Under the pieces are notes generated by a model. That model saw only the letters and a program-made list of their open reading frames with translations, was not told the DNA's origin and ran no database searches. From the NCBI GenBank assembly GCA_047495785.1, contig JBLDXI010000004.1, positions 1,426,001-1,490,000 on the forward strand: a stretch of 64,000 nucleotides of DNA, read 5' to 3'. Every line of letters starts with the position of its first letter. Position 1 is the first letter of the stretch. The translations under genes and the position numbers were made by a program. Positions 45,170-58,640 of the stretch are shown here, piece after piece. Source of the stretch: Lepidodermella squamata (taxonomy: Eukaryota; Animalia; Gastrotricha).

Positions 45170-48100
45170 CTAGTGCTTGCCAATGGTGAAAGCGGCGCAA
45201 TTGATTTCGACGATTCGCATTTGGCTGACAGTCAGAGCGGTGTTGAATATGCTCAAACACGACATGCTACCGAGAAGTTGGTCTTGCGGGTTTGCCCATG
45301 ACCTATCGAGTGGAACATTATTTTCATGGCAAAAACAAGGTCAAACATGAACTAACCGTCCCAAGGTGAATGCCCCACCTTTTGTAATAGGTCTTGGGTT
45401 GCTCCCTATGACCAGAGGCTTCTTTTGAATATATAACGATAGTTCACCTCTGCCCACATCAGACATAATCGAAACAAACTGCCAGTCCAATGGCGCAGGG
45501 CGCGAGTAAAATGTTGTTTCTGTGCCGTATGGCCGTATACCAAAACCGCCAGCCACATTCGCTACGACTTTGAGTCCCGCCGTCGACGCATCAGGGGCAA
45601 ATTCGAATAGCGGCGTGTTCGCCAGAGCTGATTTCGAGGCTAGCAGAGTTATGGTAAAACTGCCCGTGCTCAGCTTGACCTTATCGGCAGCCACGGTTAT
45701 AGCATCGGTTGAATTGAAATAAAACGCCGTGTTAGGTACGCCGAACGGTCCGGTAACTCGCTGGAGAGGCGTGGCTGGGGGCGTGGCACTGGCTGTGGGT
45801 GCGACTACGTCATTGAAATCAGAAATCAGAGGCCAGAGAGCTGTGTTCGACGGCAGGATAGCTTTCAAGTTCTCCGGGGCCCAGGTTGTTCCGAAGTGAA
45901 TTTGCAGACACCGCTTTCGAACTATCCACAACTGCTCGATAGTTAGAGCTTTGTCGTAAATCGATAAGCAAGACACGCCACCATAGAGGGTGCCACTGCC
46001 GTCATCGAAGTCCTTGGCGAGTTTCATCTTGGTACTGGTTTCCGGCGGTGATACGGTTGCAGTGTAAGTCACGCTGTCGCAAACAGCTGTCAGTTTATTT
46101 GAGGTACTGTCGTAGATTGCAGCGATGAACACGTAAGACAGGGAAAGCCCATTTAGCGATGTACAGTTGACTTGAGTGAATGGACTTGCTGAGTCTTTAG
46201 AAAATCAAGTAATTCAGGCGGGTAAAGCTACATACAACCTGAAACCTCACCGATGGATATTCGCATCGAGTCAGTAAGAAAATCGTAGAATATCCTGAAG
46301 AGTGCTTTCGAATCATAAAACATGATAATTGGTTGTGGAGAGCTCTGATATGTCCCAAAACAAGCGTAGAGAGAAATGGTAAAAGATGACTGGCTCAAAC
46401 TGAGCTTGCTACTTTGAACGTGTAGATAGCTTGCGGTGGTTATTAGCAGAGAATCTGGGGTACCGAAAGGACCATTCCAGAATGAAGCAGAGCCTCCAAT
46501 CACAGTTCCGTTGACGTTATTTCCGCTGATATCGCTTGTACTGTAGGTACTCGTTAGCGGGAAAAATGCCAAATTTCTTGGTAGACCGAATGGGCTCTCT
46601 GGAAAAATGCAACAGATAGCTTCCACATGTGAAACTTAACATTTTGATAATCTCACGTTGCTCGCATAATGCCAATGTACCAAAAGACAAACCAGTCGAA
46701 ACCTTTTATGCGGATTAATTCCATTACAAATGCTTTGGAGGCATAAAACATAATGCTCACGTAATTTAGAGAACAGCTGTTGGCAACGGGCACACATTCG
46801 GCTTTCATCAGCAGCTGATTTGTGCACAAGGCGTACTTGATGTAGGGAATACAAATGTGCATTTAGTAAGAAAGCTTTTTGACCAAAAAACCGCAGGCCT
46901 AGCTAATTTTGCCTAATTCGTAATTCGAAATTTCTCAAATTTATCCTGCAGCCAGTAGCCAGCATCCGCTAAGATAATATGTACGAGGTTATCTAATACA
47001 ATTCCATCTAATCTAATACAATCTAATACAATCTAATACAATCTAATACAATCTAATACAATTCCATATTTGTTCCATATTTTGTTCCATACTTGAGAAC
47101 TATTTCAAGGTGCTGGCTAAAGGGCAAACGAAATGGGACTGTCTTATTCTCGAAATGCTCTACATTCGTAAGCTTAAGCATTGTGCGAAGTAGGTTCCGG
47201 GAGCTGAGCTGTTTTCTAGGACCCAGCCGAAGAAATCAAAGGGTCCTCCCTGTGGGTTTCTCAGCCTTCCCCTGGTTCGAGTCCCGGAGCTGCGGTGTCG
47301 CGACAACCCAGCACCCCTGTACTTCGCACTTCGCTAAAGCCTAATTTCAACAAACAAAACGACTCATGACTGAAGTTACGCTAACCGAAAATAAGAACGC
47401 TATTGACCACAAGAAAAATGGGAAAGCCCCGGGGATCGACGAAATACGACCTGAAAAAATTAAAGCACTAAGCGACACGAATATTGAATGGCTCAGCGAG
47501 ATCCTAAATCAAGCCTGGATAAAAAGGGGGTCCCTGAAGAATGGTCAACTGCTATAATTACCCCTTCTATGATGAGGAACTAAATTATAGGATTTCCAAG
47601 GCAAGAAGTGTTTTCGGAGCCATGAATAAATTCATGTGCAATAAAAATCAGGTGTCTATTGCTAAGTTGAAAGTTCTGACCTGCGTTATTAGTTCACATG
47701 ACTACGACGAGGAAGGACTAATTAACAAAATTTATATTTGGACGCCTCCGTTGGGTTGGTTTACACTTAGAGGACGACCCCAAACTAGATGGATCCACGG
47801 AGTGCATAGAAGTTTGATCAAAGTAGGACTGGCTAAGGAATTGCGCCGGAAAAAGGAAACTAGCTCTAAGAATAAAGCCAAGGATAAGAACGGCAAAACG
47901 CCAAAGAACAGGGAAAAACCCGGCGAAACGGAGTTTGAGAGTAAAATTATACCTGATATTCAACTAGCTGAAATGGTATCTTTTGAAAAAGATGAATGGC
48001 GCAAGATTGTTAACTCGATTGAAAACTAGGTATTTTTCGGAAAAGCAGAATCTTCAACTGTGGGGGTGGGTGAGGATTTATTTTTGCCTGCGCGCCCTCT

Positions 48101-51100
48101 TCAAAACCGGAAACGGCAAAGACGCTTCAGTCAAGAATAGGTTTGAATAAAACTATTATTATATATTATATTATTATTATTATAAAACGACTCAATCAAA
48201 GCTTAGCTATTGATGGAGCCGATATTCCATGAGAGGTGTAAAAGAAGATGGAAAACTAGCCAGATTACAATTTCAAGATGCTTGAGATGGTTCTTCTGGG
48301 CGTCATGGCTCTTTAAATAAATAAATAAATAAACCTTAAAACATCCACCTCAATTCTTAACTTCACTTCAAATTTCGATTTAATTTCTTATACAATCCCT
48401 GAAGATGGTTATTAAGTATAACCGAAACGTTGGCATAGTGACGCCGAACTGCGTCGCAAGGTAAAATCGAACAATAGAGTAGCCTGCGGGAATAGGTCTT
48501 ACAGGCTGAATATCCAAAGATTTTGTATCCAAAGATGGTTTGGTAAATGGGGACAGTAGGCGAAAAATGAGCCGGTTTTGCTACAAGAACAGCGAGCTTT
48601 AATTTTCAGATTTTTCTTGAGACGCAATTTCGGCGTCCATTGGGAAAAAACGCGTTACGTTTTATGAACAAGATTTATTCGAAGAAACTTGTAATACGAA
48701 ATGTTATATTATATTACATCGTAAAATATCTAATTTGCATAGGTACTCGACCCATATTTTTAAGGTCATTTCTTTCTCTACGATTTTTAATGACTAATTT
48801 GATGAAAATGATGAAATCGACACCGTGCTACGATGACAATATTCGCTAAAGTTAAAATGACGTTAAGAGGACTTACAGCTGCTCTGCAGGCGGCGTAATT
48901 ATCGGAAAATGTCCCATTTGCGTAAACAACTGCCTATAACACGCAATTTCCTAATTTAAAATAAAAATTTGAGGATACTGGTCATACCGAAGGCTGTCCT
49001 TGCGTGCAACTTGGCGAATCTTGGCAACTTTGTCCGCAGAGATAGGCACTCTGAAAAAAAGCAAAAAATTTGAAAATGATACGTATTAAAGAACAGCCTC
49101 ACCGCAGTATTGCAAGCACTTTCAGACGTGTAGCTGACATTTCCAATCTATAATGGAACTTTTTGAAAGCAACGCAAAATCATAACTCGCATCAACTTAC
49201 GGCGGTGGATGGGCTCGAGCAAGACGGGAAGCAGCCATTGTATGATTTATCGCCAGCGTTGTAACAGTGCACGTAATTGACAACTGATTGATATGAAATG
49301 TTCATCGACTGAGATTATCCATCAAATCTATTTAAACCAACTTTTGCAAATCGCAAACGAGTCATAGGTGGCACCATCTTGGCTTGCGGCCTGGAAAAAA
49401 GAGTGTTGCAAAAATCAGAATCCCGCTGAGGTAAACTCACAGTGGACGTAGGGCAATTCGAGCTGATCGGGATGCAGACAGCGAGCAGATTTGTCTTTGG
49501 ATCGACGCAGCGTTTATGTTTCCCCTGAATCTAGCTAATTATAACCAGCAAAATCGCTGAACATCTCTTAATCACCTGAATCGCAGCAATACAGGCTTGG
49601 AAGTTGTCACCAAACGGCGTAGTGCTTGATCCGACAACTCCACCCTGTAATATTAAAGATTGAACTCAAAAATCAAATTTTAAGACTGAAGTAGGGTATC
49701 ACATCGTATTTCCCGGTACCGCTCGGGCACGAATCCAGGCAGCTACCACCGTTCGAAGCATCATAACACATGTTGACGGACTGATAGAAAAATAGTTCAC
49801 TGTATGGTATTATAATTGGTGGAATAACACTCAACCCCTGTTTCGCAAACAGGTTTCGAGGCGAAGATAGTTTGGCTGGGTGTCTGTTAAACGCAAATCG
49901 ATCAAGGCATGGAATCATTGAAAAAAGATCTCACATCTGTCCCGTCGCATGGCAACTGAGCAGGCTTGCATCCGGAGAACGTGGTACCGGTCGGACCAAA
50001 GCAGCGCCGATGGGGGAAATAGGACTGTGGGGCTGTGAAAATCTCAGATAGACTCAATAATTGTATTCCAAATGTTGTAACCGACCCGATTCGCATTCGC
50101 CAAGGTCGTTGAATGTGACGCCAGGTGAGAGGGCTCTCGTACTACCAGCCGGGCAGGTTTCACTTCCGTCAGTAAGGATGCACTTAACCAGAGCGTAGGT
50201 TTGTGAATTCAGGCAAAATTTGTGTGGTTTCTAGATAATTTGTTTCATCAAAAATGATTATTAACCATTAATTAAAGTACCGTATATGCCGCGAGATACC
50301 TCAGGCATTGAGCGTAATTCGCCCCGAAATCGGTTGCGGCATTGAAGGTCGCAACCTGAAAAGAGAAAATAAGGCATTTTCGATATTGAAACGATTTCAA
50401 CCCAATAAAGGAAGCTCACCAGACTCATGGGCGATCGGCAAATGCTACGGCAAACGAATGAAGATGCGGATTTGCAGAATGCTGCCGGCTTTAGAAAAAC
50501 GAAGAAAGTTAAATTAATCATTATGCTTATTCGAAAAATAACCTACCCCTGTAGAGCAATGTTTCTTGTCGATGTAGATTCCACCACTGGGAGCCTGCAA
50601 CAGAAATTGAGATATAAGATTGAGATGAACTGGAAGGGGGTAAAGGGGGTAAACAAACCCCCCTGGCGTTCGAAACTTTCTGAAGAACGTAAGTGTCCTC
50701 TCATTTGTTTGCAAATTTTGGGCTGAAAATGGCTCGATTGACCCTCCTCAGAGCTGGGTCACTGTTGAGATGCCGAATTTTTCAAAAGATTCACTGTACC
50801 TGTGTTTGCGCGGTAGCGTTACAGCCCGGCGAAGCCAATCGACAACCAGCAAAAGCAAATGAACTATCCGAATTAGAGAAACACCGAACATGAGGCGAGA
50901 AGTCTGGACTTCTGACGGCTAATATCAATAAATATTTAATCATCAGCGTGAAGTAATTATACGCTTCGATACAAACCTTGAATCTGTCCCAAGCACTCAG
51001 TCAAGCTGAAAATCGGGGTCGATTCACGCTGCAATAAATGAGAAGATGAATGATGTCGAGTGAAACTAATTTGAAGTTTACCCAGCCAGGCGGGCAATTG

Positions 51101-52360
51101 CAGTCGATAGGCACACAAGTCACCGCAGAATTGTTCGTGCACTTTTTCGCCGGGTTTTCCTATAGGTAAAGCAGAATAAAAAATAGTTTAAAGCATAGAC
51201 AACACTTTAACAGATAGGAAGAAAACTATCTTTCCATAGTGAATTTATTCGAGCTGAATTTGCAAAGAGTGCGGCATGAGACCACTGTTTTGATCACCCA
51301 TCCGCCCATAATAATTTTAAATAATTAAAAAATTAAAAAATCAGCAGATACCTTTTTCGAACATTTGGATTTTCTGCTCATAAATAAGCTCATAAGCAGC
51401 CCTCAATCTAATGATACCAGGTACACCTGGCGGTCCCTTATGGATTAGTTTCTAGCATTCGCTAAAAAGGGCTATATTGCGTGATTCTGTGCATAATAGC
51501 CATTCTTCTGCCATGGTAGGCTCGTCCGGTAATTTTTAAAAAATTTGAAAAAATTGGTTTATCCATGTTGAGTATTTTCTTTATCCGGCAATATAAAATT
51601 TGTCCATTAATTAATTAAAAAATTAAAATTAAAATTAATTAGCAAGGCCGAAAATAATTAATAATTTTAATTTTCCGATTATTTTCGGCCTTCCTACATA
51701 TGGACTTTGACTTCTCTCAAAGCGTTGCTTGTTATAGGGAAATTCTTAGAAATGATAATTTTGGAGCCCAGAAAAACTCGAAATAAATTATTTACCCTAC
51801 AAATTATATATCGCCAGATAAAGAAAATGGTTTAGAGGAACATGTTTTAAAAGAAATTGACCATGTATGGCCGAATAGCATTGATGCAGTCGTCGTAACG
51901 CGGCTTGAACGTCAGGCCCGTGAAATTGAGATGCTGCGGAAAATAATTGGTAAATAATACTTTGAGCATGATTAATTTAACCAAAAATTACCGGAATTTC
52001 ATCCTTCGAACACGCCACGGCTCGAGACAAGCATCTCAGGGTGAACTGCTTCACGTTGTAACAGCTACGGGCTGACTGAAATCAGAGCGATGGCGAAATG
52101 TTGACCAAAACGGTCGAAATCTACTTACGCCGTCCTTGCATGACGCAAAATCAGCAAACGTCGAGCCAAGCTGGATGCGAGAAATTTGTTATAGATCAGG
52201 GTTGATTGTTGATTGTATATCCAACCTGATTTTCTTCGAATACAGAGCAATCGTCTTTGCAGGCGATGAATTCATCGTTCCATCGGGATATGCATCGCTT
52301 GTAGCAGTCACCGAAGCGAAAAGCGATGACGAGTAGTAAATAGACTGTTAAAAAATTCAT
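45170..52360 (-). CDS. Paralog B4: signal peptide + 12 four-Cys repeats + 2 LamG/pentraxin-like domains (appears intact)
   Basis: Exon-for-exon homolog of B1, from MNFLTVYLLLVIAFRFGDCYKRCISRWND to ..CAAFTIGKH*. I found no stops in the exons I translated. Confidence 0.82.
46991..47062. repeat. (ATCTAATACA)n 10-bp tandem repeat
   Basis: About 6 copies. Confidence 0.9.
47366..48183 (+). mobile_element. Internally deleted RTE-like LINE remnant in B4 intron
   Basis: KNGKAPGIDEI, RISKARSVFGAM, RGRPQTRWI, KDEWRKIV; AATAAA and (ATT)n tail. Confidence 0.8.
48395..48436 (+). ncRNA. Minimal type-I hammerhead ribozyme motif (Penelope-like element remnant)
   Basis: CTGAAGA-t-GGTTAT-taagt-ATAACC-GAAA-CGTTGG: both core boxes and a perfect 6-bp stem II. 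Confidence 0.6.
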
Positions 52361-52534
52361 CTAAAAATTGTGGAGCAAAAAAAGCAAATGAATGAAAAAA
52401 ATTGGTTACGTCTTTGATATTGCACCAAGATCACGATCAACGTTCACACGAGGCGGTTTCAAATCGCGTGTAAAATCAAAAATAGAGAGTTACGTCATTC
52501 AACGCCGACACTAACTGTAGTTCAGCTGATAAAA

Positions 52535-52680
52535 AATAGGCAAATCGTGAAAAAAGCGAGATGTCGGTGGTAAATCAACGACCCAGGCGTTAAATAGTTC
52601 TATTTTTCAAACACTTGAAAAAATGGCTGCTCAGCTCGTTGATTTTCCACCGACATCTCGCTTTTATCACGAATTGACTT
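52535..52680. repeat. Inverted repeat upstream of B4
   Basis: TCGTGA.AAAAGCGAGATGTCGGTGG.AAATCAACGA and its reverse complement. Confidence 0.75.
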
Positions 52681-53757
52681 TTTAACCTGGCCGCTAACGT
52701 TATTTTTGTACGCGTTTTAACAGCTAAAGAGTTTAATAATGTTATGACTTTGATATCTCACCTTTTTTCACGACGTCGCGTTTTGAACACGTTTTTGCAA
52801 AAATGGAACAGGCAGCGATGTTGCCATTTCCGACGACATTTTTCAGCTTCGGCTCGGCCAGAAAATTGAAAATGAAAATTCAGCCCGATTTAATGTTGAT
52901 GTCAATAGGTTTTCGAAAAATCGTCAACATTTTCTCGCTTCGTTCGATTTATATTGAAATTAAAATTAATAGGGAAATATACAGCGAAGTGTTTTCATCA
53001 AGTGACTGCCAGCTGAAGCATTACAATGAAGTCTTGTGCATGCCCAACTGAAAAATAAATAGGTAGTTGAGAGCTAGTTGAGAAATAAAGTTTTATCAAC
53101 TTGAAAATATGCACAATGTGAGGCAGTAGTTTTCACCAAGGTTTACACAGGCGAGAAGTAAATGAACGACGATACCGGCTGCAAGACCACGAAATCGAGG
53201 AAATGATTTGAAATGAGCTATTTAACCTATTGATATCTGATATATTGTGTTAAAGCTTCGGGTGTTTCTGATTTGATTTCAATTTTCTCTAGATTTTGCC
53301 GTAAAACACAATCTAACTCGATCATCAGCTTTTTCTGCAATCTTTTACAGCCTTATTTTTCGTTATATTTCAACATATCATCAAATCAATATAAATATTT
53401 CAACGATTCATGCATTTATAGTATTTTTGCGTAGTCTTGATTAAATCGCGTGCGGAATATCATGAATGAAAAATCGTATTCAAGTTTTTTTTCAAATTGA
53501 GATGAAAATAATGAGTGTTAATTATGAGTGCGATTTTTCTCGCAGTATGCGATGGAGGTTTTCAGCATTGCTTTTCACAATATAGCAACGATTTTACGCG
53601 ATGCATGGGGGAATGAATGTTTTACATAGTTTCAGCGAAATTTAATTGTAATTGATTCGTGTTTTGAAATTTGTCCGATGGTTGCGCCATTATAAAAGTG
53701 TCCGACGGCTCTTACGTGTTCCAGACAGCCGACTCTTGCGATTTCATGACTTACGTG

Positions 53758-53808
53758 TTCATGCATACGTCTCACATAACACGGTGTTATGTGAGACGTA
53801 TGCATGAA
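53758..53808. repeat. Perfect hairpin
   Basis: TTCATGCATACGTCTCACATAACAC-g-GTGTTATGTGAGACGTATGCATGAA. Confidence 0.9.
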
Positions 53809-55991
53809 TCTAGCAAGCTTTTTGATCTCCACCAAGAAGCAAGAAACGAGGGCTATTAGTTTTTACCTGCTATTTTTGAGTAGCATACCTTAGATTAGTG
53901 CCCGTTTTGTACACAATAAAACAAGAAAATGTGCAAAAAAAAAGCAAGAAACGAGGTTTTCCTGATTAATTGTTTCGAAAGGATTAGGCTCACTTGGAAG
54001 GTGGTATGACTTTGGTTGGCGCAAAATAATGATCACTGAATCCTCCAAATGCCGCCCTGTCGCGATGAGATACGGAATATGTTTATTAAAACCAGGCGTT
54101 CTGATCTAGGTATTTGTTTAAAACGGAGAGAAACAAATTACTTTTACCTCTAAAAGAACGCTTTATTCTCAGGAAACATCTAATTTGACTTTAGCAGTAG
54201 TTATTGCTGTAATGCCCATCGCGTATCATCAAATCGAACTTCAGGAAGCGAAAAAGAGAATACATTTTTTCTTGAACCAAACACAGCCTCAAAGCTCATA
54301 ACAGGAAGCGAAAATCAACGTTACAAATACAGTGTGTCCGTCAAATAATATGAGGCTATTTATAGTCCAAAAGCAACAGCAAGCGTGGCGCGTGCCAGAT
54401 CTGGCGTCTCATTTTTTTCATAAGATGCAAAAAATAATACGTCAATGAAATCGAAAGCTTTATTTACTACTGCTAGTTAAAATTTGTATGCATCAGCTAG
54501 TGTTGATGATTAAACTTTCTTCGTCTTAATTCTTTCAGGTGATAGAGAAGGTGATGTTCTGACCATCAGGAATGCTAATATTTTCCTCTTAACGAGCCGC
54601 GCCTTTAAAAATTATCTTAATTATCAGGTTCATCTCCGTCATCACCATCTTCTCCCTGAGCCGTTTCAGTTTTTTGTTTTGCAAGGGCCATTTTGAATTC
54701 GGCCATGGCCAGTTTTACAAACCGCTTTTTTGGAATCGGGTTTCCCCTTTTTCGCGTACATCGACTTGCCCATCGACTTGGGTCTTCAACAGCCGCGGGA
54801 CATTTTCTAAATTTTTTCGTAATCTTACATGTCTAATTTAATAACTGCCGTTGAAGCATAAAATGCAACAAAAGCAACAAATGCAACAAATGCAATGAAA
54901 GCAACTAAAGCAGTTTCCATTACGACCTGGTAATCTGTTTGAAATGAGTTCCGCGTTTTGAAATAAAGGGGTAATGTCGCTTTCGCCAATTTGTGTAGCA
55001 TCCGGGCGCTATCGGCTAACCGTTATATACGTGAATTTCACATACCCGCAAGAATACGTCCAATGGCTAGTACAAACAGTTTTAACTGAATTGGATAAGA
55101 AAATTTGCTATTTAAATGGTTATATTTTTTCCAGATATTAGGTTGACATTGTTGCGCGTTTGATCTTATTGCATGAATATTCAGGGCAACTCGTTGTCCC
55201 CAAAACTTTAGCAATGTACAAAGCTTGCAGGTGAAAATCCCGAAGCTAATGCTTTCGTTCCGAAGAATGTTCTTTATCTTGATTAAATAATACAAATTTT
55301 GGCGGAGCAATAATTGATATTTTTCCAGCAATGAACAACAATAGCTGTACTATCATTCAGTGCTGCGTTTTTTTTGCCTCGTGCACGACTCGTGAACAGG
55401 CGCAATCAAAATGCTATATATAGGCTCATATTATTTGACGGACACACTGTAATAATAAAACTCGCATACTGCGATTCGATATTTCGAATCGTTACTGCAA
55501 TCATCGTCACTCATCAAAAAAGCAGAACCAGAGTAAGAAACGATCCCACATCGATTAGGATTCGGCGTATAACCAGGCATGAATAAAGTTGGATCATACG
55601 TGAAAGCCGAACCGTCCGCCCATTTTTGGACGCCGGACTGTGCTGGAGGCAGACCAATCCATGCCGTTTCTGTTTGCTGTAATTGGCCGTTCAGCTGGGC
55701 TGCTTCGCTAGCGGATTTAATTGATCCCATGATCCCCATATCCCAACATATATCGGCAGCATCCGTATAATTCCAAGTGCGATACGTGTTTTTACCGAGA
55801 TATAAAAACTTTTTAGCATTTTCACAATTCGATTTGCTGGCAAATTCTTGGCTAATAGGAATGCGCTTCTCCGAGTTGGCGTCACATCCAACAGTGCTTG
55901 GCCTGCAGGTTACTGAACCGTCAGCAGGTCGCAGGCATCGATGGTAAGTGATCTATCAGAATCAAAATTCAATTCAAAATTAGGATTGAAG

Positions 55992-56383
55992 CATAGAGAA
56001 AAAATGACCAGAGTAAGCACTCAAGCTAAAATGTCTTAATCTTCATTTTTATTCGAAGTTGACTTTCTCAAAACGCATGTCTTTGTTTTTCACCAAATTT
56101 TGTCTGCCTGCGAGCTGCTCTTTCACGTGGTATAGGATTTGAGGTGGGCAACCGAACCGTTGTTACGATACAAAAACCTCGTTTTCACTATGGCTTCCTT
56201 TATTTTGGTGAGATCAAGACTGAGCAGCAATTGCCCACCTCAAATCGTATACCACGTGAAAGAGCAGCTCGCGCTCTATAGGCATGCAAAAACGAAGATA
56301 TCCGCTTTGAGAAAGCAATTTTCAATAATGCAAATCAAAATTTTAGATTGAGTGTTTATACTCGGGTCATTTTTATCTCTATG
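55992..56383. mobile_element. Palindromic hAT-type MITE
   Basis: Long inverted arms CATAGAGA.AAAATGACC.GAGTA; 8-bp TSD GATTGAAG. Confidence 0.85.
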
Positions 56384-57031
56384 GATTGAAGATTTAATTC
56401 AATGGCAATTAATGATGCCTTGATAAATTATTTGATACTATGAGCTTTGAGCAAAAAGGGGAAACCCCAGTGTGCGAAGTAGGATCCGGGAGCTGAGGTG
56501 TTTTCTATTTGTTTTCTACGATTGCGAAAACAGCTTCTCCTGTCATTGAAACAGCTGATAACAAGAAAAAAGTGCAAGATTATGTGTTCAATGCCTGTGA
56601 TTGATCTTGTGGACAAGCTGCATAGCAAGACGTTCGATTTGATGAATCCGAGCATGAAACGGCATTCTGTTAAACGTTATAAAAAAAGTAATTGCTCGGT
56701 TGCAAATACATTATTGTGATAACTTACTCCGAGCAGGCAAGTAGCGCGGTTTGTGTAAACTCTGCTCGAGTATTGCTGGGTTTCATTGCTAGGCAAGCAG
56801 CCGGAGCTTTGCGGTCGGCAGTCGGTGAATTTGCCAGTTGTCGAATCAAAACAGCGGATGTGTGGCTTCTCGGTGATCGGAACGGTGACTAGGAAAAAAT
56901 AACATGAATCATGTTATCATCAGTGCTTTGGATTTGATTTGGTTTCATTTGATTTAGACCCTATTTTCAACGATTTAGATTTGAAATGATTGATTTAAGC
57001 GGGGAAGTATTCTGATTTGATTGATTTTGAT

Positions 57032-57439
57032 CGTAAAGAAAAAAGAACCAAAGTAAGCACTCAATCTAAAATGTCTAAATCTTCATTTCTATTCAAAGTT
57101 GGCTTTCACAAAACGGATATCTCCGTTTTTCACCAAATTTTGCATGCCTTTAGAACGCGAGCTGCTCTTTCTCGTGGTATAAGATGTGAGGTGGGCAACC
57201 CAACCATTGTTACGATAAATAAAACCTCGTTTTCACTATGGTTTCATTTATTTTGGTGAGATCAAGACTGAGCAGCAATTGCCCACCTCAAATCTTACAC
57301 CACGTGAAAGGGCAGCTCGCGTTCTATAGGCATGCAAAATTTGGTGAAAAACGGAGATATCCGTTTTGAGAAAGCACTACTATAATAATGCAGATCAAAA
57401 TGTTAGCTTGAGTGCTTACTCTGGTCATTTTTTTCTGTG
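57032..57439. mobile_element. Second copy of the palindromic MITE, nested in a CAGTGCTTTGG MITE starting at 56921
   Basis: Similar to 55992-56383; 8-bp TSD ATTTTGAT. Confidence 0.82.
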
Positions 57440-58640
57440 ATTTTGATATACCCTTGGAGATGCAATCGAAAAAATTGATACAGTCGAACTAGAATCTCTT
57501 CAATATTAGGCGCAGCGATGGTCGAAATAAAATTTGGGCGGTACCACGGGACATTCCATGCGAAAAACTGCATAGGTCGAGGTGTTACACGGCTAATTAT
57601 CTCATTCGGAACAAAAAATTCATTAGGTTGCAAGACAGTAATAAAAAAATTTATCTCCAATCAAAATTTTGAAAATGGATTTGGATCAGCCGCTAAAAGT
57701 TAACCCCGAGATTTCTGAGGTGGGTTTCAGATCCAAATTAAGTGGTTTTATTGGTCTTCTTTGAAATTTTCAACTCATGTTAAAAGCCGCCCGACCGGAA
57801 GCAAAGATTGATTTTGCGATAATTTCGTTATTATGATGCATGGTGCATGAAAATGTGTGTTTTAGGGTGAGGAATTATGGTAAAAAACTGCGAAATCCGC
57901 TGGAATCATTTTTTTTTAAATTAGGATCCCTCCTGTCTCATCACCTTTCAGATCCTTGTCAAAGTTATGTTTTATTCCTCATTCACGAAAATTCGACTCA
58001 CCCGCGACGTTGGTGCAGGACGTCAGGTTTGAGTACAGCGTCGATTCGGTGGCCTAGCAGGAAAAAGAGCATGAGTCTCACAAGCTAATTAAAAAAATAT
58101 TTTATATATTTGTTTGGTTGAACATGAGCAAAATGTTCATATCTGAACGGAGCTGAAGGCGAGTTAAGATGAGTAAATCGAGTACGGCGAGTTCAGATGT
58201 ATAAACGATTCATGAATATTATACCGTGAAATATCGAATTGGCCAAGCTACTCGACCTATATTTTTGGGGACAATTCTATATTTAATAATAATTTGTAAT
58301 TCGTGGGCACGCAGCAGCGAGGAAAGTAGCACCAGGGACGCCAGGGACGTCTCAAGCATATTAAGGAATTTTCAAATTTTCGAATTTTGATAATAAAAAT
58401 CGATCTCATCTGTCGGTAAATTCAAATGAATTCTTGAATTGGAATGATCAAAACTAACCCAGTTTTCCGGGCAAGTGTAAGGATCTGGAACGCAGGTTTT
58501 GATGGCGTTGTTCGAGGTGCAACGGCGGAATTTCAATGTCTACAATAATGGAGCAAAAATCAATCATTAGCTGCGACAGTAATTTGGGAGTTGCTCACAT
58601 CAAAAGCAACTGAAGAATATTAAATTTTCTGAGATTTTTT

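Noticed and set aside
47270-47290. tRNA gene suggested by GGTTCGAGTCC
   Set aside because: No cloverleaf or clear A box; reported as a structured repeat instead.
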